From positions 13,330,001 through 13,394,000 of the forward strand of contig NC_043000.1 of the NCBI RefSeq assembly GCF_006345805.1: a DNA stretch of 64,000 nucleotides, in the 5' to 3' direction. Shown piece after piece: positions 1 through 11,640 of this stretch. A model generated the notes under the pieces. The model saw only the letters and a list, made by a program, of their open reading frames with translations, had not been told where the DNA came from and did no database searches. Every line of letters begins with the position of its first letter. Positions within the stretch are counted from its first letter, which is position 1. Origin of the DNA: Octopus sinensis (Eukaryota). Position numbers and translations under genes: made by a program.

Positions 1-560
1 ATGATGGTGATGATGATGATGATGATGATGATGATAATGATGATGATGGTGGTGGTGGTGGTGTTGGTTGTGGTGGTGGTGGTAGTGGTGGTGGTGATGG
101 TGGTGATGGTGGTGGTGGTGGTGGTGATGGTAGTGGTGGTGGTGATGGTGGTGGTGGTAGTGGTGGTGGTGATAGTGGTGGTGGTGGTGGTGGTGGTGGT
201 AATGGAAATTGTGATTGTAATACTGATGTTCATGACGATGATGATGATAGTGGTGGTGGTGGTTTTGGTCTCGGTGTTGGAGGTGATGATGATGGTGGTG
301 GTGGCGAGGTGGTGATGGTGGTAGTAGTGGTGGAAATAGTAGTTGTGATGATGATCATGACGATCATGATCATGATGGTGATGATGATGATGATAGCGGT
401 GATGTTGGTGGTGAACAATGGCGAATTTGCTGATAACGTTGTGTTAATGATTGTTGCGGGAGAGCGTTAATGACAATGAGGTGGGAGCAGGTGGTGGTAG
501 GAGGAGTTGAGGTGTTTGAAGTGATGATAATGATGGCGATGTTGGCAGTGGTGATGACGG
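1..560. repeat. (GGT/GAT/GTG)n trinucleotide low-complexity tract
   Basis: Direct: near-continuous GGT/GAT triplets. The poly-M/V ORFs are translations of this repeat. Confidence 0.95.
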
Positions 561-600
561 CAAGCTGGCTGAATCGTTAGCATGCCGGGCAAAATGTTTA

Positions 601-755
601 GCGGCCTTACGTCACTCTTTACGTCAAAACTCTACGTAAAATTTCGCGGCCCCGTACGTACCGTCGAAAAAAATTTTGAGCGGCATTACGTCACTCTTTA
701 CGTCAAAACTCCAACGTAAAATTTCGCGGCCCCGTACGTACCGTCGGAAAAAATG
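601..755. repeat. Two-copy tandem duplication of a CpG/ACGT-rich ~80-bp unit
   Basis: Direct: gcggc(c/a)ttacgtcactctttacgtcaaaactc..acgtaaaatttcgcggccccgtacgtaccgtcg occurs at ~601 and ~680. A SINE-B head fragment (~564-606) precedes it. Confidence 0.9.
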
Positions 756-830
756 TTGACGCTCGACACTCAACTTATATAATAATTGAGTGCCGCGCAT
801 ACAGTGAAAATCAGTTATACCTCCGAACGA

Positions 831-2099
831 CGGGATCTTTTCGGTTTGAACGGCAGTTTTTTCTTACTATTGGGTTCAGTTTGGTGGCTTTTCATTAATA
901 GAGGACTCAGTAGCAATGTAGTTATAAGAAATATGAAACACTGATCCGGATCTTTTTGGTTTGAACGGCAGTTTTTTCGACTATGGGTTCAGTTGGTGGC
1001 TTTTCATTAATAGAGGACTCAGTAGCAATGTAGTTCTAAGACATATGAAACACTAATCACGGATCTTTTCGTTTGAACGGCAGTTTTTTCTTACTATTGG
1101 GTTCAGTTTGGTGGCTTTTCATTAATAGAGGACTCAGTAGCAATGTAGTTATAAGACATATGAAACACTGATCCCGGATCTTTTTGGTTTGAACGGCAGT
1201 TTTTTCTTACTATTGGGTTCAGTTTGGTGGCTTTTCATTAATAGAGGACTCAGTAGCAACGTAGTTCTAAGACATATGAAACACTGATCACGGATCTTTT
1301 CGGTTTGAACGGCAGTTTTTTCTTACTATTGGGTTCAGTTTGGTGGATTTTCATTAATAGAGGACTCAGTAGCAATGTAGTTCTAAGATATATGAAACAC
1401 TGATCCCGGATCTTTTTGGTTTGAACGGCAGTTTTTTCTTACTATTGGGTTCAGTTTGGTGGCTTTTCATTAATAGAGGACTCAGTAGCAATGTAGTTAT
1501 AAGACATATGAAACACTGATCCCGGATCTTTTTGGTTTGAACGGCAGTTTTTTCTTACTATTGGGTTCAGTTTGGTGGCTTTTCATTAATAGAGGTCAGT
1601 AGCAATGTAGTATAAGACATATGAAACACTGATCCCGGATCTTTTTGGTTTGAACGGCAGTTTTTTCTTACTATTGGGTTCAGTTTGGTGGCTTTTCATT
1701 AATAGAGGACTCAGTAGCAATGTAGTTCTAAGACATATGAAACACTGATCACGGATCTTTTCGGTTTGAACGGCAGTTTTTTCTTACTATTGGGTTCAGT
1801 TTGGTGGCTTTTCATTAATAGAGGACTCAGTAGCAATGTAGTTCTAAGACATATGAAACACTAATCACGGATCTTTTCGGTTTGAACGGCAGTTTTTTCT
1901 TACTATTGGGTTCAGTTTGGTGGCTTTTCATTAATAGAGGACTCAGTAGCAATGTAGTTCTAAGACATATGAAACACTGATCCCGGATCTTTTCGGTTTG
2001 AACGGCAGTTTTTTCTTACTATTGGGTTCAGTTTGGTGGCTTTTCATTAATAGAGGACTCAGTAGCAATGTAGTTCTAAGACATATGAAACACTGATCA
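831..2099 (+). repeat. Tandem array of 11 x ~116-bp units, each starting with the TIR of the adjacent MITE
   Basis: Direct: units begin cggatctttt(c/t)ggtttgaacggcagtttttt at ~831, 947, 1060, ... 1984. A 12th TIR copy starts at 2100. Confidence 0.95.
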
Positions 2100-2934
2100 C
2101 GGATCTTTTCGGTTTGAACGGCAGTTTTTTCTAGCGGTGTCATATGAAATTGTCACCCATAATTATGACCCTAGAATCGATTTATTGCATTTCAATCTGT
2201 TTTAGGGTCAGGGTTAGGGTTAGGGGTGGGGGGAAGGGTATCTTTTTTTTCTTCAGAAATGTAAATAAACCCAATCTGTTTCTTAAACGAGGGACATATT
2301 CATACGGCACAGAATGCTTTCACCTCAATAGACGTCATTGATTTGTTGAAATTGCAGAAATTGAAGAAAAAATAACAACAAATATCTTACAAACTATAGA
2401 ATTTTCTCAATAAAACCAAGAGAAAAATATGTTTTGTAAACACATTCTATAAGTATACGAAGTTTAAAAGTGTTTGGATGGTGATGGAAGCACTCCGTCG
2501 GTTACGACGATGAGGGTTTCGGTTGATCCGAATCAACGGAACAGCCTGCTCGTGAAATTAACGTGTAAGTGGCTGAGCACTCCACAGACACGTGTACCCT
2601 TAACGTAGTTCTCGGGGATATTCAGCGTGACACAGAGAGTGACAAGGCCGGCCCCTTGAAATATAGGTACAACAGAAACAGGAAGTAAGAGTGAGAGAAA
2701 GTTGTGGTGAAAGAGTACAGCATGGATCACCACCATCCCCTGCCGGAGCCTCGTGGAGCTTTTAGGTGTTTTCGCTCGATAAACACTCACAACACCCGGT
2801 CTGGGAATCGAAATCGCGATCCTATGACCGCGAGTCCGCTGCCCTAACCACTGGGCCATTGCCCCTCCACTTTAAAAGTGTTTAGTTACGTGGAAATTAT
2901 TTTAAAAAACTGCCGTTCAAACCGAAAAGATCCG
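2100..2934. mobile_element. MITE-like element with ~31-bp terminal inverted repeats, interrupted by a SINE
   Basis: Direct: cggatcttttcggtttgaacggcagttttt at 2100 and its reverse complement at 2904-2934. It contains a TTAGGG-like G-rich patch near 2200-2240. No clear TSD. Confidence 0.8.
2476..2870 (-). mobile_element. Full-length tRNA-headed SINE (family C)
   Basis: Direct: 13-bp TSD tttaaaagtgttt at 2463-2475 and 2871-2883. Minus-strand head with A-box (TGGCCCAGTGG) and B-box-like (ATTTCGATTCC) motifs. Near-identical copy at 9264-9654. Confidence 0.92.
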
Positions 2935-3206
2935 AGCGACGAACCTTCTGCAAATCCTAAATGAATATTGATGCTCAGTCCTCATCTTTTTCTTGATCCA
3001 AAGCGATTTACTGCAAGTCAATGAAACCCGGGGTAAATAAAACGCCAATGCTCGCGAGATAAAGTATTAGTTGCTGAATTATCTGCCCCTTTGACGTAAC
3101 GAATATCAACAGTGTATTGTGATATGAAATCCAAATTTTCGATTGTAGAGCAAAATTCAACGGTTTTATGATCGAAGAAAACCGTAATGACCCGTTGTTA
3201 TTTTAA

Positions 3207-3424
3207 CCCTTTAGTGTTTAAACCGGCCATACCAGGCCAAAATTGTCTTCCTGTTATATGCTCAAACCAGCCAGCTCTGACCTCTCACACATACCCTACA
3301 AAGTCATTCTAAAAATAAACAGGGACATCATCAAAATCTCAGTTACAAGATGCTGTACAATTAATTTAAAACAATGTGATTAAACAGGCTTTACATTTGA
3401 CAGAGTAATCTGAATGATAAAGGG
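3207..3424. mobile_element. piggyBac-type MITE
   Basis: Direct: TTAA|CCCTTTA ... TAAAGGG|TTAA. TTAA TSD and CCC/GGG termini are established piggyBac hallmarks. Confidence 0.7.
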
Positions 3425-3647
3425 TTAAAGTTGGATTCTTTTGTTACTTCTGCGAATGAACACGCAAAATATATTATACAATGATAAATTATATTTTTTT
3501 GTTAAACCATGGGAGACTTTAAACCAACTTATTTCAAATTCCGCTGCCGTCGACTTTGCTTTTCATTTCTCGGGGGTTAAATAAGTTACAGTTGATCACT
3601 AAGGTCAGTTTAATCGACTAACATCTCCCCCAAAATTGCTGGCCCAT

Positions 3648-3707
<60 letters not shown>

Positions 3708-3712
3708 CGATC

Positions 3713-4109
3713 TCAGGATTTATTCTTTGTAAGCCTAGTACTTATTCTATCGGTCTGTTTTGCCGAACCGCTAAGTTACGGAGACGTAAACACACCACCA
3801 GCATCAGTTGTCAAGCGATGTTGGGGGGGGGGGACAAGCACAGACACACAACACACACAGACACAGACACACACACGCAATATATATATATAATATATAT
3901 ATATATAGTATATATATATATATATATATATATAATCATACATACATACATACATACATACGACGGGCTTCTTTCAATTTCCGTCTACCAATACACTCAC
4001 AAGGCTTTGGTTGGCCCGGGGCTATAGTAGAAGACATTTACCCAAGGTGCCACGCAGGGACTGAACTTGGAACCATGTATTCGTAAGCAAGATATTTACC
4101 ACACAGCCA

Positions 4110-4112
<3 letters not shown>
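3713..4112 (-). mobile_element. tRNA-headed SINE (family A) with internal CA/TA microsatellites
   Basis: Direct: reverse complement matches the plus-strand full copies at 20675-21096 and 60902-61370. Confidence 0.85.
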
Positions 4113-4150
<38 letters not shown>

Positions 4151-4329
4151 TGTACATTCTTGATCACAACTGCCGACTAGCGAGAACCGTGAAACTCTGA
4201 GTAGCAAAATTAGCGATGCTTTTGTAACTTTAATAAAAACGCATATTACTCTACTTTCGGTAGTCGAGTACTAATTTTTCCACTTTGTTTTGCAATTATG
4301 TGCTTACACGTGAGTGTAGGTGTAGATGT

Positions 4330-4560
4330 GGGTGTGTGGGGTCGTATGTGTGTTTTGTATTTGTGTTGTGCCATTACTCGACAGCTAGTGTTGGTTTGTT
4401 TACACGCCCGTAACTTAGCGGTTCTGTACAAGAGACTAATAGAGTAAAAGCCAGACTTAAAAGTAAGCACTGCAGGCGATTCGTCCGACTAAATCTATTC
4501 AAGGCGCTGCCCCAGCATGGCCGCAGTCCAATGCCATAAACAAGTAAAAGATGAAACAAT
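4330..4560 (+). mobile_element. Diverged SINE family A 3' half
   Basis: Direct: contains cccgtaacttagcggttc and ccccagcatggccgcagtc, shared with the other family A copies. Confidence 0.7.
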
Positions 4561-4781
4561 GATCATAATAATCCCAAACCGCAGCCATCTTGGAACACAA
4601 TCCCCAGATGCAATTTCTTGCACAATCTATAGATGTTCAAATTGTGCATCGATTATCAATATGGAAATACCGACAACAGACAAGAACTCTATACCTCAAC
4701 TAATTAAATTTGAAAAATGACCCAGTTTACTGTAATGCTTAGCTTTTCCTATTGCAGTAACCGTATTATTCTATTGAATCA

Positions 4782-4783
<2 letters not shown>

Positions 4784-4860
<77 letters not shown>

Positions 4861-4861
4861 C

Positions 4862-4923
<62 letters not shown>

Positions 4924-5249
4924 GCCTGTCTGTCTGTCTGTCTGTCAGTCTGTTTGTTTATCTGTCTATCTATCTAGCTATCTATCTATCTTATTTCTTT
5001 ATTGCCCACAAGGGGCTAAACATAGAGAGGACAAACAAAGACAGACAAAGGGATTAAGTCGATTACATCGACCCCAGTGCGCAACTGGTACTTAATTTAT
5101 CGACCCCGAAAGGATGAAAGGCAAAGTCGACCTCGACGGAATTTGAACTCAGAATGTAACGGCAGACGAAACACCGCTAAGCATTTCGCCCGGCGTGCTA
5201 ACGCTTCTGCCAGCTCGCCGCCTTGATCTATCTGTCTGTCTGTCCGTCT

Positions 5250-5339
<90 letters not shown>

Positions 5340-5342
5340 TTC
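4784..5342. repeat. (TATC)n/(TGTC)n microsatellite, split by a SINE-B insertion
   Basis: Direct: tetranucleotide repeat on both sides of 4991-5224. Confidence 0.9.
4991..5224 (-). mobile_element. Full-length SINE family B
   Basis: Direct: reverse complement of aaggcggcgagctggcagaa...gagttcaaattcc (B-box)...gtgggcaataaagaaataa. Matches 59337-59569. Confidence 0.9.
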
Positions 5343-5484
5343 TGTATCAATACATGGATCTAGTGTTTCTCATTCGCAAAATGAGCCCCTCCCTTAACTT
5401 TGCTCAGATTGCTTTCAGTTTTGGTGTATCGATGCAACTCTGTACGAAAGAAAGTAGATCCCAATACATATGTACTTGCATGCA

Positions 5485-6325
5485 TATATGTGTGTGTGTA
5501 TGTGTGTGTGTGTGCTTCTGTGTGTGTGTGTGCCTGTGTGTGCCTGTATGTGTGTGTTTGTGTGTGTGTGTGTGTGTGTGCCTGTGTGTGTGTGTGTGTG
5601 TATGCCTCTGTGTGTGTGTGTGTGTGTGGTGTGTGTGTGTGTGTGTGTGTGTATCTATGTGTATCGACAATTTATCTAAGTGTGATTTCCTTTCCCTTTA
5701 TATCCCTGTGCCTTGCTAAATTTCTCTCGGAAGACCTAATCTGAAAACATTGTAAAAGACCCTTCCTTACAAATGAAGTCACGCAGTTAGTTTGAACCCA
5801 GTACCTCGTGATTACGAAGCGAACTGCTTAACCACCCAGCCATACTGCATTGGACATACATGCATGTATGCATACTTACATTTGCACGTATTACATACAC
5901 TCGTTTATATACACATACATCTACATATACATATATATATATACATACATACTTACATATGCATGTACGTACATGCATATACATACACACATACATGTAT
6001 ACATATACACATATACAAATACATGCATAGACGCACATGCATAAGTATGTGCGTTCATATAAACATGTATGTGTACGTGTATGTGTGTATGTGTATGTAT
6101 TGTGTGCGTGTGTTGGTGTGTGGGTGCATGCGCGCGCGTTGCATGCGCGTTTGCATGTGTGTATGTGTGTGTGTTTGTATGTGTGTGTGCGCGTGTGCAT
6201 GCGTGTGTGTGTGTATGTGTGTGTGCTTGTATGTGTGTGTGTGAGTCTATGTAACCCCATCCGTCCTTTCCTATATAAATACACTCCCCACCACCACCAC
6301 TACCACCACCACCACCACCACCACA
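5485..6325. repeat. Compound (TG)n/(CATA)n/(CAC)n microsatellites
   Basis: Direct. Confidence 0.9.
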
Positions 6326-6494
6326 CCACGCGGAAAGAAAAAAGAAGCACTGTTTGCTATCAAAGAACTCAGCGGCAATATTTGGAACAGGAAAACTCCA
6401 AAGGAAGAATTAAGGAAAGCAGCAACACTGGAATAATTCCAAAACTGCAAACTTCACCCATCCTTTCAGTAACCATGGACAACATGCGGAATAA

Positions 6495-7230
6495 TGGGAA
6501 AGGAAAGAAAGAAAAAAGGAAAAAGGGAAAAAAAGAAAAGAGAAAGAAAGAGAAGAAAGAGAAAGAAAGAAAGAAAGAAAGAAATGGAAAGAGAATTGGA
6601 GAAAGAAAAAAGAGAAAAAGAGAGAAAGAAAAATGAAAGAAAGGAAAGAATGAAAGAATGAAAGAAAGGAAGGAAGAAAGAAAGAAAGAATGAAAGAAAG
6701 AAAGAGGGAAAGAAAGAAAGAGAAAGAGAATGAGAGAAAGAAAAATGAAAGAAGGCAAGAAAGAAAGAATGAAAGAAAGGAAGAAAGAAACAATGAATGA
6801 AAGGGGGAAAGAAAGAATGAAAGAGAAAGAGAATGAGAGAAAGAAAAGGAAGAAAGGAAGAAAGAAAGAATGAAAGAAAGAGGGAACGAGGGAAAGAAAG
6901 AAAGAGAAAGAGAATGAGTGAAAGAAAAAGGAAAGATAGGAAAAGAGAGAAAGAAAGAATAAAAGAAACTAAGAAAGAAAGACTGAAAGAAAGAAAGAAA
7001 GAACGAAACAAAGGAAGACGGTAAGAGGGAAAGAAAGAAAGCCGGAAAGAAAGAAAGCGGGAAAGAATGAAAGGAAGGAAAAAATAATGGCGGAAGGGAG
7101 CAAAGAAAGAAAATGAAAAGTGGAGAAAGGAAAATGAAGATCATAGAAAAGAAAAAAGAAAAAAAGAAAAACATTAAAATGAGAGAAAAAAGAGAAAGGC
7201 GATTATAAATTTTAAAAAAAAGGGACAAAA
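6495..7230. repeat. Polypurine (GAAA/GAAT) tract
   Basis: Direct: ~730 bp almost exclusively A/G on the plus strand. Confidence 0.92.
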
Positions 7231-7799
7231 TAAAGTAAAAACCATGTAATTTTTACAATTTTTACAATTGTTTGTCCTCTCCAGCCCTATTTTTTTTTAA
7301 GGACTTCGCGTTGTGTGAAAAGTCAACCCTATTAAAATTAATAGATGTTTCCACGGGTTCCTCACGTGATAGTTAGTAAACCCTTTTCGCCTCGCCTGGC
7401 CACCACTACCATCCATATCAAATGGCCTCGAAGCAATCTTTAACGAACGAACGAACGAGCGAACGAACGAACGGCATTTCCGCCGAAAAAGAAAAAAAAA
7501 AAAGTTCCTATCAAGACCTGAGTTGTTGTTTTTAAGATCTCCCTCTGTAGGTCAAGGTCAGCTTTTACGCACTTCCCTCTAATCATTCCCCCCCACACAC
7601 CCATACACACACTCACTTTCTTTTCCGATTCCTCACCCACCCCGTCTCCCCCCACCTTGTCTCCCCCCTCTCTAATCCCCCAACTATTTCCTTTTCCCTT
7701 TTCCTCTCTCTCTAAATATCTCTGCTTTCCATTCGTTCATTCTCTGTATTTGCCTTTCCTTTATATTTTTACCTTCCAAGTACACGCATGTATGCACAT

Positions 7800-7822
7800 A
7801 TGTATGTAATATATATATACAC

Positions 7823-7864
<42 letters not shown>

Positions 7865-7900
7865 ATATATATATATATCTATATATATATATATTATATA

Positions 7901-7933
<33 letters not shown>

Positions 7934-7954
7934 ATATGTATATATATATAGATA

Positions 7955-8011
<57 letters not shown>

Positions 8012-8243
8012 CAAATACACATATACAGATATTTATATACACACACATGCGTAAGTACATCCATTCCATACATAAAAATAAACATTGACACACATATCTA
8101 AATATATAACAGCATTATAAGTTTATAAGCACTTCTGCACATAGAAATACGGAAGCACAAACAAGCTTACGCGAGCGTATACATACATACATACATACAT
8201 ACATACATACATACATACATACATACATACATACATACATACA
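7800..8243. repeat. (TA)n and (CATA)n microsatellites
   Basis: Direct. Confidence 0.9.
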
Positions 8244-8470
8244 AACTGATTCGAAGACTACAGATTCAAGCCATCACTGGAACTTTATCATTTAAGTATA
8301 TATGAGCATGTCTTGATATGCCAATATATGCATTAGAATACATATATAAAACAAAACATACTAAACTGCATACATACATATACGTACATTAGTACATACA
8401 AAGAAATAGGAGTCTTGGATCTAGGTTAGAAACCGGCTCTTTCTCTATTGGCAAGACATTTTATATAGCA
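8243..8470 (+). mobile_element. 3'-end fragment of R4/Dong-type LINE (family 1)
   Basis: Direct: ttcgaagactacagat... and ttggatctaggttagaaaccg.ctctttctctattggcaaga match 16875-17130. Confidence 0.75.
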
Positions 8471-8472
8471 AG

Positions 8473-8508
<36 letters not shown>

Positions 8509-8511
<3 letters not shown>

Positions 8512-8912
8512 GGGTGGCTTGTGGTAAGTAGCTTGCTAACCAACCACATGGTTCCGGGTTCAGTCCCACTGCGTGGCATCTTGGGCAAGTGTCTTCTGCT
8601 ATAAGCCCCGGCCGACCAATGCCTTGTGAGTGGATTTGGTAGACGGAAATTGAAAGAAGCCTGTCGTATATATGTATATATATATGTATGTGTGTGGTTT
8701 GTGTGTCTGTGTTTGTTCCCCTAGCATTGCTTGACAACCGATGCTGGTGTGTTTACGTCCCCGTCACTTAGCGGTTCGGCAAAAAGAGACCGATAGAATA
8801 AGTACTGGGCTTACAAAAAGAATGAGTCCCGGGGTCGAGTTGCTCGACTAAAAGGCGGTGCTCCAGCATGGCCGCAGTCAAAATGATGGAAAACGGGTAA
8901 AAGAAAGAAAGA
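8509..8912 (+). mobile_element. SINE family A, near full length
   Basis: Direct: high similarity to 20675-21096. Confidence 0.9.
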
Positions 8913-9263
8913 AGAAATATATATATATATACATATATACATACATGCATGCATGCATACGCACATATATACATGAATATTTAGTTGTATTTCTAGATTT
9001 TTTTGCCAATGGAGAAAGAGCTGGCTTCTAACCACCGTCATTGGGATTTAAATAACATCAGCGGAGTAGTTGTGCATGCATGTATGTATATGTGCACGTA
9101 TTTGGAGTCAGTGCATGTGCAGATCTATGTTTTGTTTCATATATGTATACTTAGACATACAGCTGTATATCTAGACATATGCATATGTACGAGTTATATG
9201 CTCTATACTTAGATAGTTTGATACGTTTCGGCCAGAATTGGCCCGGACCATGACTAACTTAAT

Positions 9264-9654
9264 GGAAATGGAAGCACTCCGTCGGTTACGACGACGAGGG
9301 TTCCGGTTGATCCGAATCAACGGAACAGCCTGCTCGTGAAATTAACGTGTAAGTGGCTGAGCACTCCACAGACACGTGTACCCTTAACGTAGTTCTCGGG
9401 GATATTCAGCGTGACACAGAGAGTGATACAAGGCCGGCCCTTTGAAATACAGGTACAACAGAAACAGGAAGTAAGAGTGAGAGAAAGTTGTGGTGAAAGA
9501 GTACAGCAGGGATCACCACCATCCCCTGCCGGAGCCTCGTGGAGCTTTAGGTGTTTTCGCTCAATAAACACTCACAACGCCCGGTCTGGGAATCGAAACC
9601 GCGATCCTATGACCGCGAGTCCGCTGCCCTAACCACTGGACCATTGCGCCTCCG
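9264..9654 (-). mobile_element. Full-length SINE family C
   Basis: Direct: 10-bp TSD ctaacttaat at 9254-9263 and 9655-9664. Near-identical to 2476-2870. Confidence 0.92.
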
Positions 9655-9689
9655 CTAACTTAATAACACCACCTGGAAAAGATATTTAA

Positions 9690-10130
9690 TGGTGTTTCAT
9701 ATTACAGTCATTCGTTGGGTACCGTAGTCCATTCGAGTAAGGCGTTATTGTTTGCAAAGATATATCCGGGTGTAGGGGATTTGTCTGAAATTTGTTGGAG
9801 ATATTTATCCAGGACCTGTTTGAATGTCGAGGGATCTTTTTCTTCCCTTATGTGTCTTGGCATGGTGTTAAAGAAAGTGGGGCCAGTTGAGGTGAAATAG
9901 CTGGCTTAGTGTTGTGATGTGTCGCGAGCATGATTTTGGTAGAGGACGAATGGCACGGTGAGGGCTGGGTGGAGGGAGCAAGCCTTGATTGAGTTGATGC
10001 GAACATCATTTGAGCAAGGCTATTGGAATATTTTCCCCATCATACAAAATGCTATGGCAGTCATGGGCGGTGTCAGAAGGAATAAAGTTTGAGCTTCTAG
10101 AGGCGATCCTAAGAATCAAGATCTGTCGTG
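9690..10130 (-). mobile_element. Decayed CR1/L2-type LINE ORF2 C-terminus
   Basis: Manual translation: DRL*KLKLYS... and TGPTFFNTMPRHIREEKDPSTFKQVLDKYLQQISDKSPTPGY, resembling the RL..L.LYSL..RR / GP.LFN.LP / FK..LD..L..IPD.P..PGY motifs of CR1-group LINEs. Confidence 0.65.
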
Positions 10131-10155
10131 TCGTCTTTGTTTGTGTGTTTGTGTG

Positions 10156-10717
10156 TGTGTGATTGATCTCTGAGGAGTGTGTGATTGATCTCTGAGGAGT
10201 GTGTGGTTGATCTCTGAGTTTGTGTGATTGATCTCTGAGGAGTGTGTGGTTGATCTCTGAGTTTGTGTGATTGATCTCTGAGGTATGTGTGATTGATCTC
10301 TGAGGTGTGTGTGATTGATCTCTGAGGTGTCTGTGATTGATCTCTGAGTTTGTGTGATTGATCTCTGAGGAGTGTGTGGTTGATCTCTGAGTTTGTGTGA
10401 TTGATCTCTGAGGAGTGTGTGATTGATCTCTGAGGAGTGTGTGGTTGATCTCTGAGTTTGTGTGATTGATCTCTGAGGTGTGTGTGATTGATCTCTGAGG
10501 TGTGTGTGATTGATCTCTGAGGTTTATTTGATTGATCACTGAGGAGTGTGTGATTGATCTCTGAGGAGTGTGTGATTGATCTCTGAGGAGTGTGTGGTTG
10601 ATCTCTGAGTTTGTGTGATTGATCTCTGAGGAGTGTGTGATTGATCTCTGAGGTGTGTGTGATTGATCTCTGAGTTTGTGTGATTGATCTCTGAGGTGTG
10701 TGTGTGTGATTGATCTC
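10156..10717. repeat. Minisatellite, 26 copies of a 20-23-bp unit with core TTGATC(T)CTGAG
   Basis: Direct: counted 26 cores. Linkers are GT-dinucleotide variants. Confidence 0.95.
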
Positions 10718-10842
10718 TTTTTAATTTCTTTTCGTGTAAGGAGACCACAGCAGTCAACAGTACAACTGTAGTTCAGATAAGAGTTAAGTACAAGAAGGTT
10801 ATTATTTGCTATTTATTGTTCGTATGAGTGATCTCGATTTTG

Positions 10843-11097
10843 TGGTGGTGGTGGTGGTGGTGGTTTTGGTGATAGTTATTGCTATTGTTGCTGTTGTTGT
10901 TGTTGTTGTTGTTGTGGTGGTGGTGGTGGTGGTGGTGGTGGTAGTGGTTTTGGTGGTGTTGGTGGTGGTGGTGGTGATGGTGGTGGTGATAGTGGTTTTG
11001 GTGATGGTAGTGGTAGTGGTGGTGGTGGTGGTTATGGTGGTGGTGATAGTGGTTTTGGTTATGGTGGTGGTGGTGGTGGTGGTGGTGGTGGTGATGG
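10843..11097. repeat. (GGT/GTT)n trinucleotide tract
   Basis: Direct. Confidence 0.92.
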
Positions 11098-11099
11098 CT

Positions 11100-11280
11100 G
11101 TACATACCCTCGGAACATGAGGGCCAAGAGAATTTACGAGCGTTGAAGTGATTGAGGATGGTGATTTCAGAGAAAGGCAGGTGCTTCTGTGCCACTGTGT
11201 GTTTATGTGAATCTTTTTGTATGTGCAGTGTACCTGCTTGTGTGTTATTGCGGAAACAACTACTTTCCCATTTAACATTT
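11100..11280 (-). mobile_element. CR1/L2-type LINE fragment
   Basis: ORF track 10802-11287 reads ...TLVNSLGPHVPR, resembling the NSLG..GPRLFN motif. Confidence 0.45.
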
Positions 11281-11339
11281 CTAACATTAAAAAAATTATA
11301 AATCTTTAAAATTTATCTGTTTTCTAGTTACTATTTTTT

Positions 11340-11541
11340 TTTTTTTACTTGTTTCAGTCATTTGACTGCGGCCATGCTGGAGCACCGCCTTTAATCGAGC
11401 AACTCGACTCCGGGACTTATTCTTTTGTAAGCCCAGTACTTATTCTATCGGTCTCTTTTGCCGAACCGCTAAGTAACGGGGACATAAACACACCAGCATC
11501 GGTTGTCAAGCAATGCTAGGGGGACAAACACAGACACACAA

Positions 11542-11607
<66 letters not shown>

Positions 11608-11640
11608 GACAGGCTTCTTTCAGTTTCCGTCTACCAAATC
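11340..11640 (-). mobile_element. SINE family A 3' part
   Basis: Direct: reverse complement of the family A tail (gcggtgctccagcatggccgcagtcaaatgactgaaacaagtaaaa). Confidence 0.88.

Noticed and set aside
831-2099. CRISPR-like 31-bp repeat with ~85-bp intervening sequence
   Set aside because: The intervening sequences are near-identical, so this is a tandem repeat.
2790-2870. tRNA-like sequences at SINE heads (also near 9580, 15360, 26330, 54856)
   Set aside because: They have A/B boxes but continue into multi-copy SINE bodies, two of them with TSDs. They are not standalone tRNA genes.
7552-7560. TCAAGGTCA nuclear-receptor-type site (also near 27709)
   Set aside because: A 9-mer without conservation or promoter context cannot be distinguished from chance.
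9208-9246. GGCC-loop-GGCC-GAAAC-GTA on minus
   Set aside because: The CTGANGA core is absent. At most a truncated relic next to the SINE insertion.
10156-10717. CRISPR-like constant core with variable linkers
   Set aside because: Linkers are only ~8-11 bp and are recurring GT variants, not unique spacers. There are no cas genes and the context is eukaryotic.
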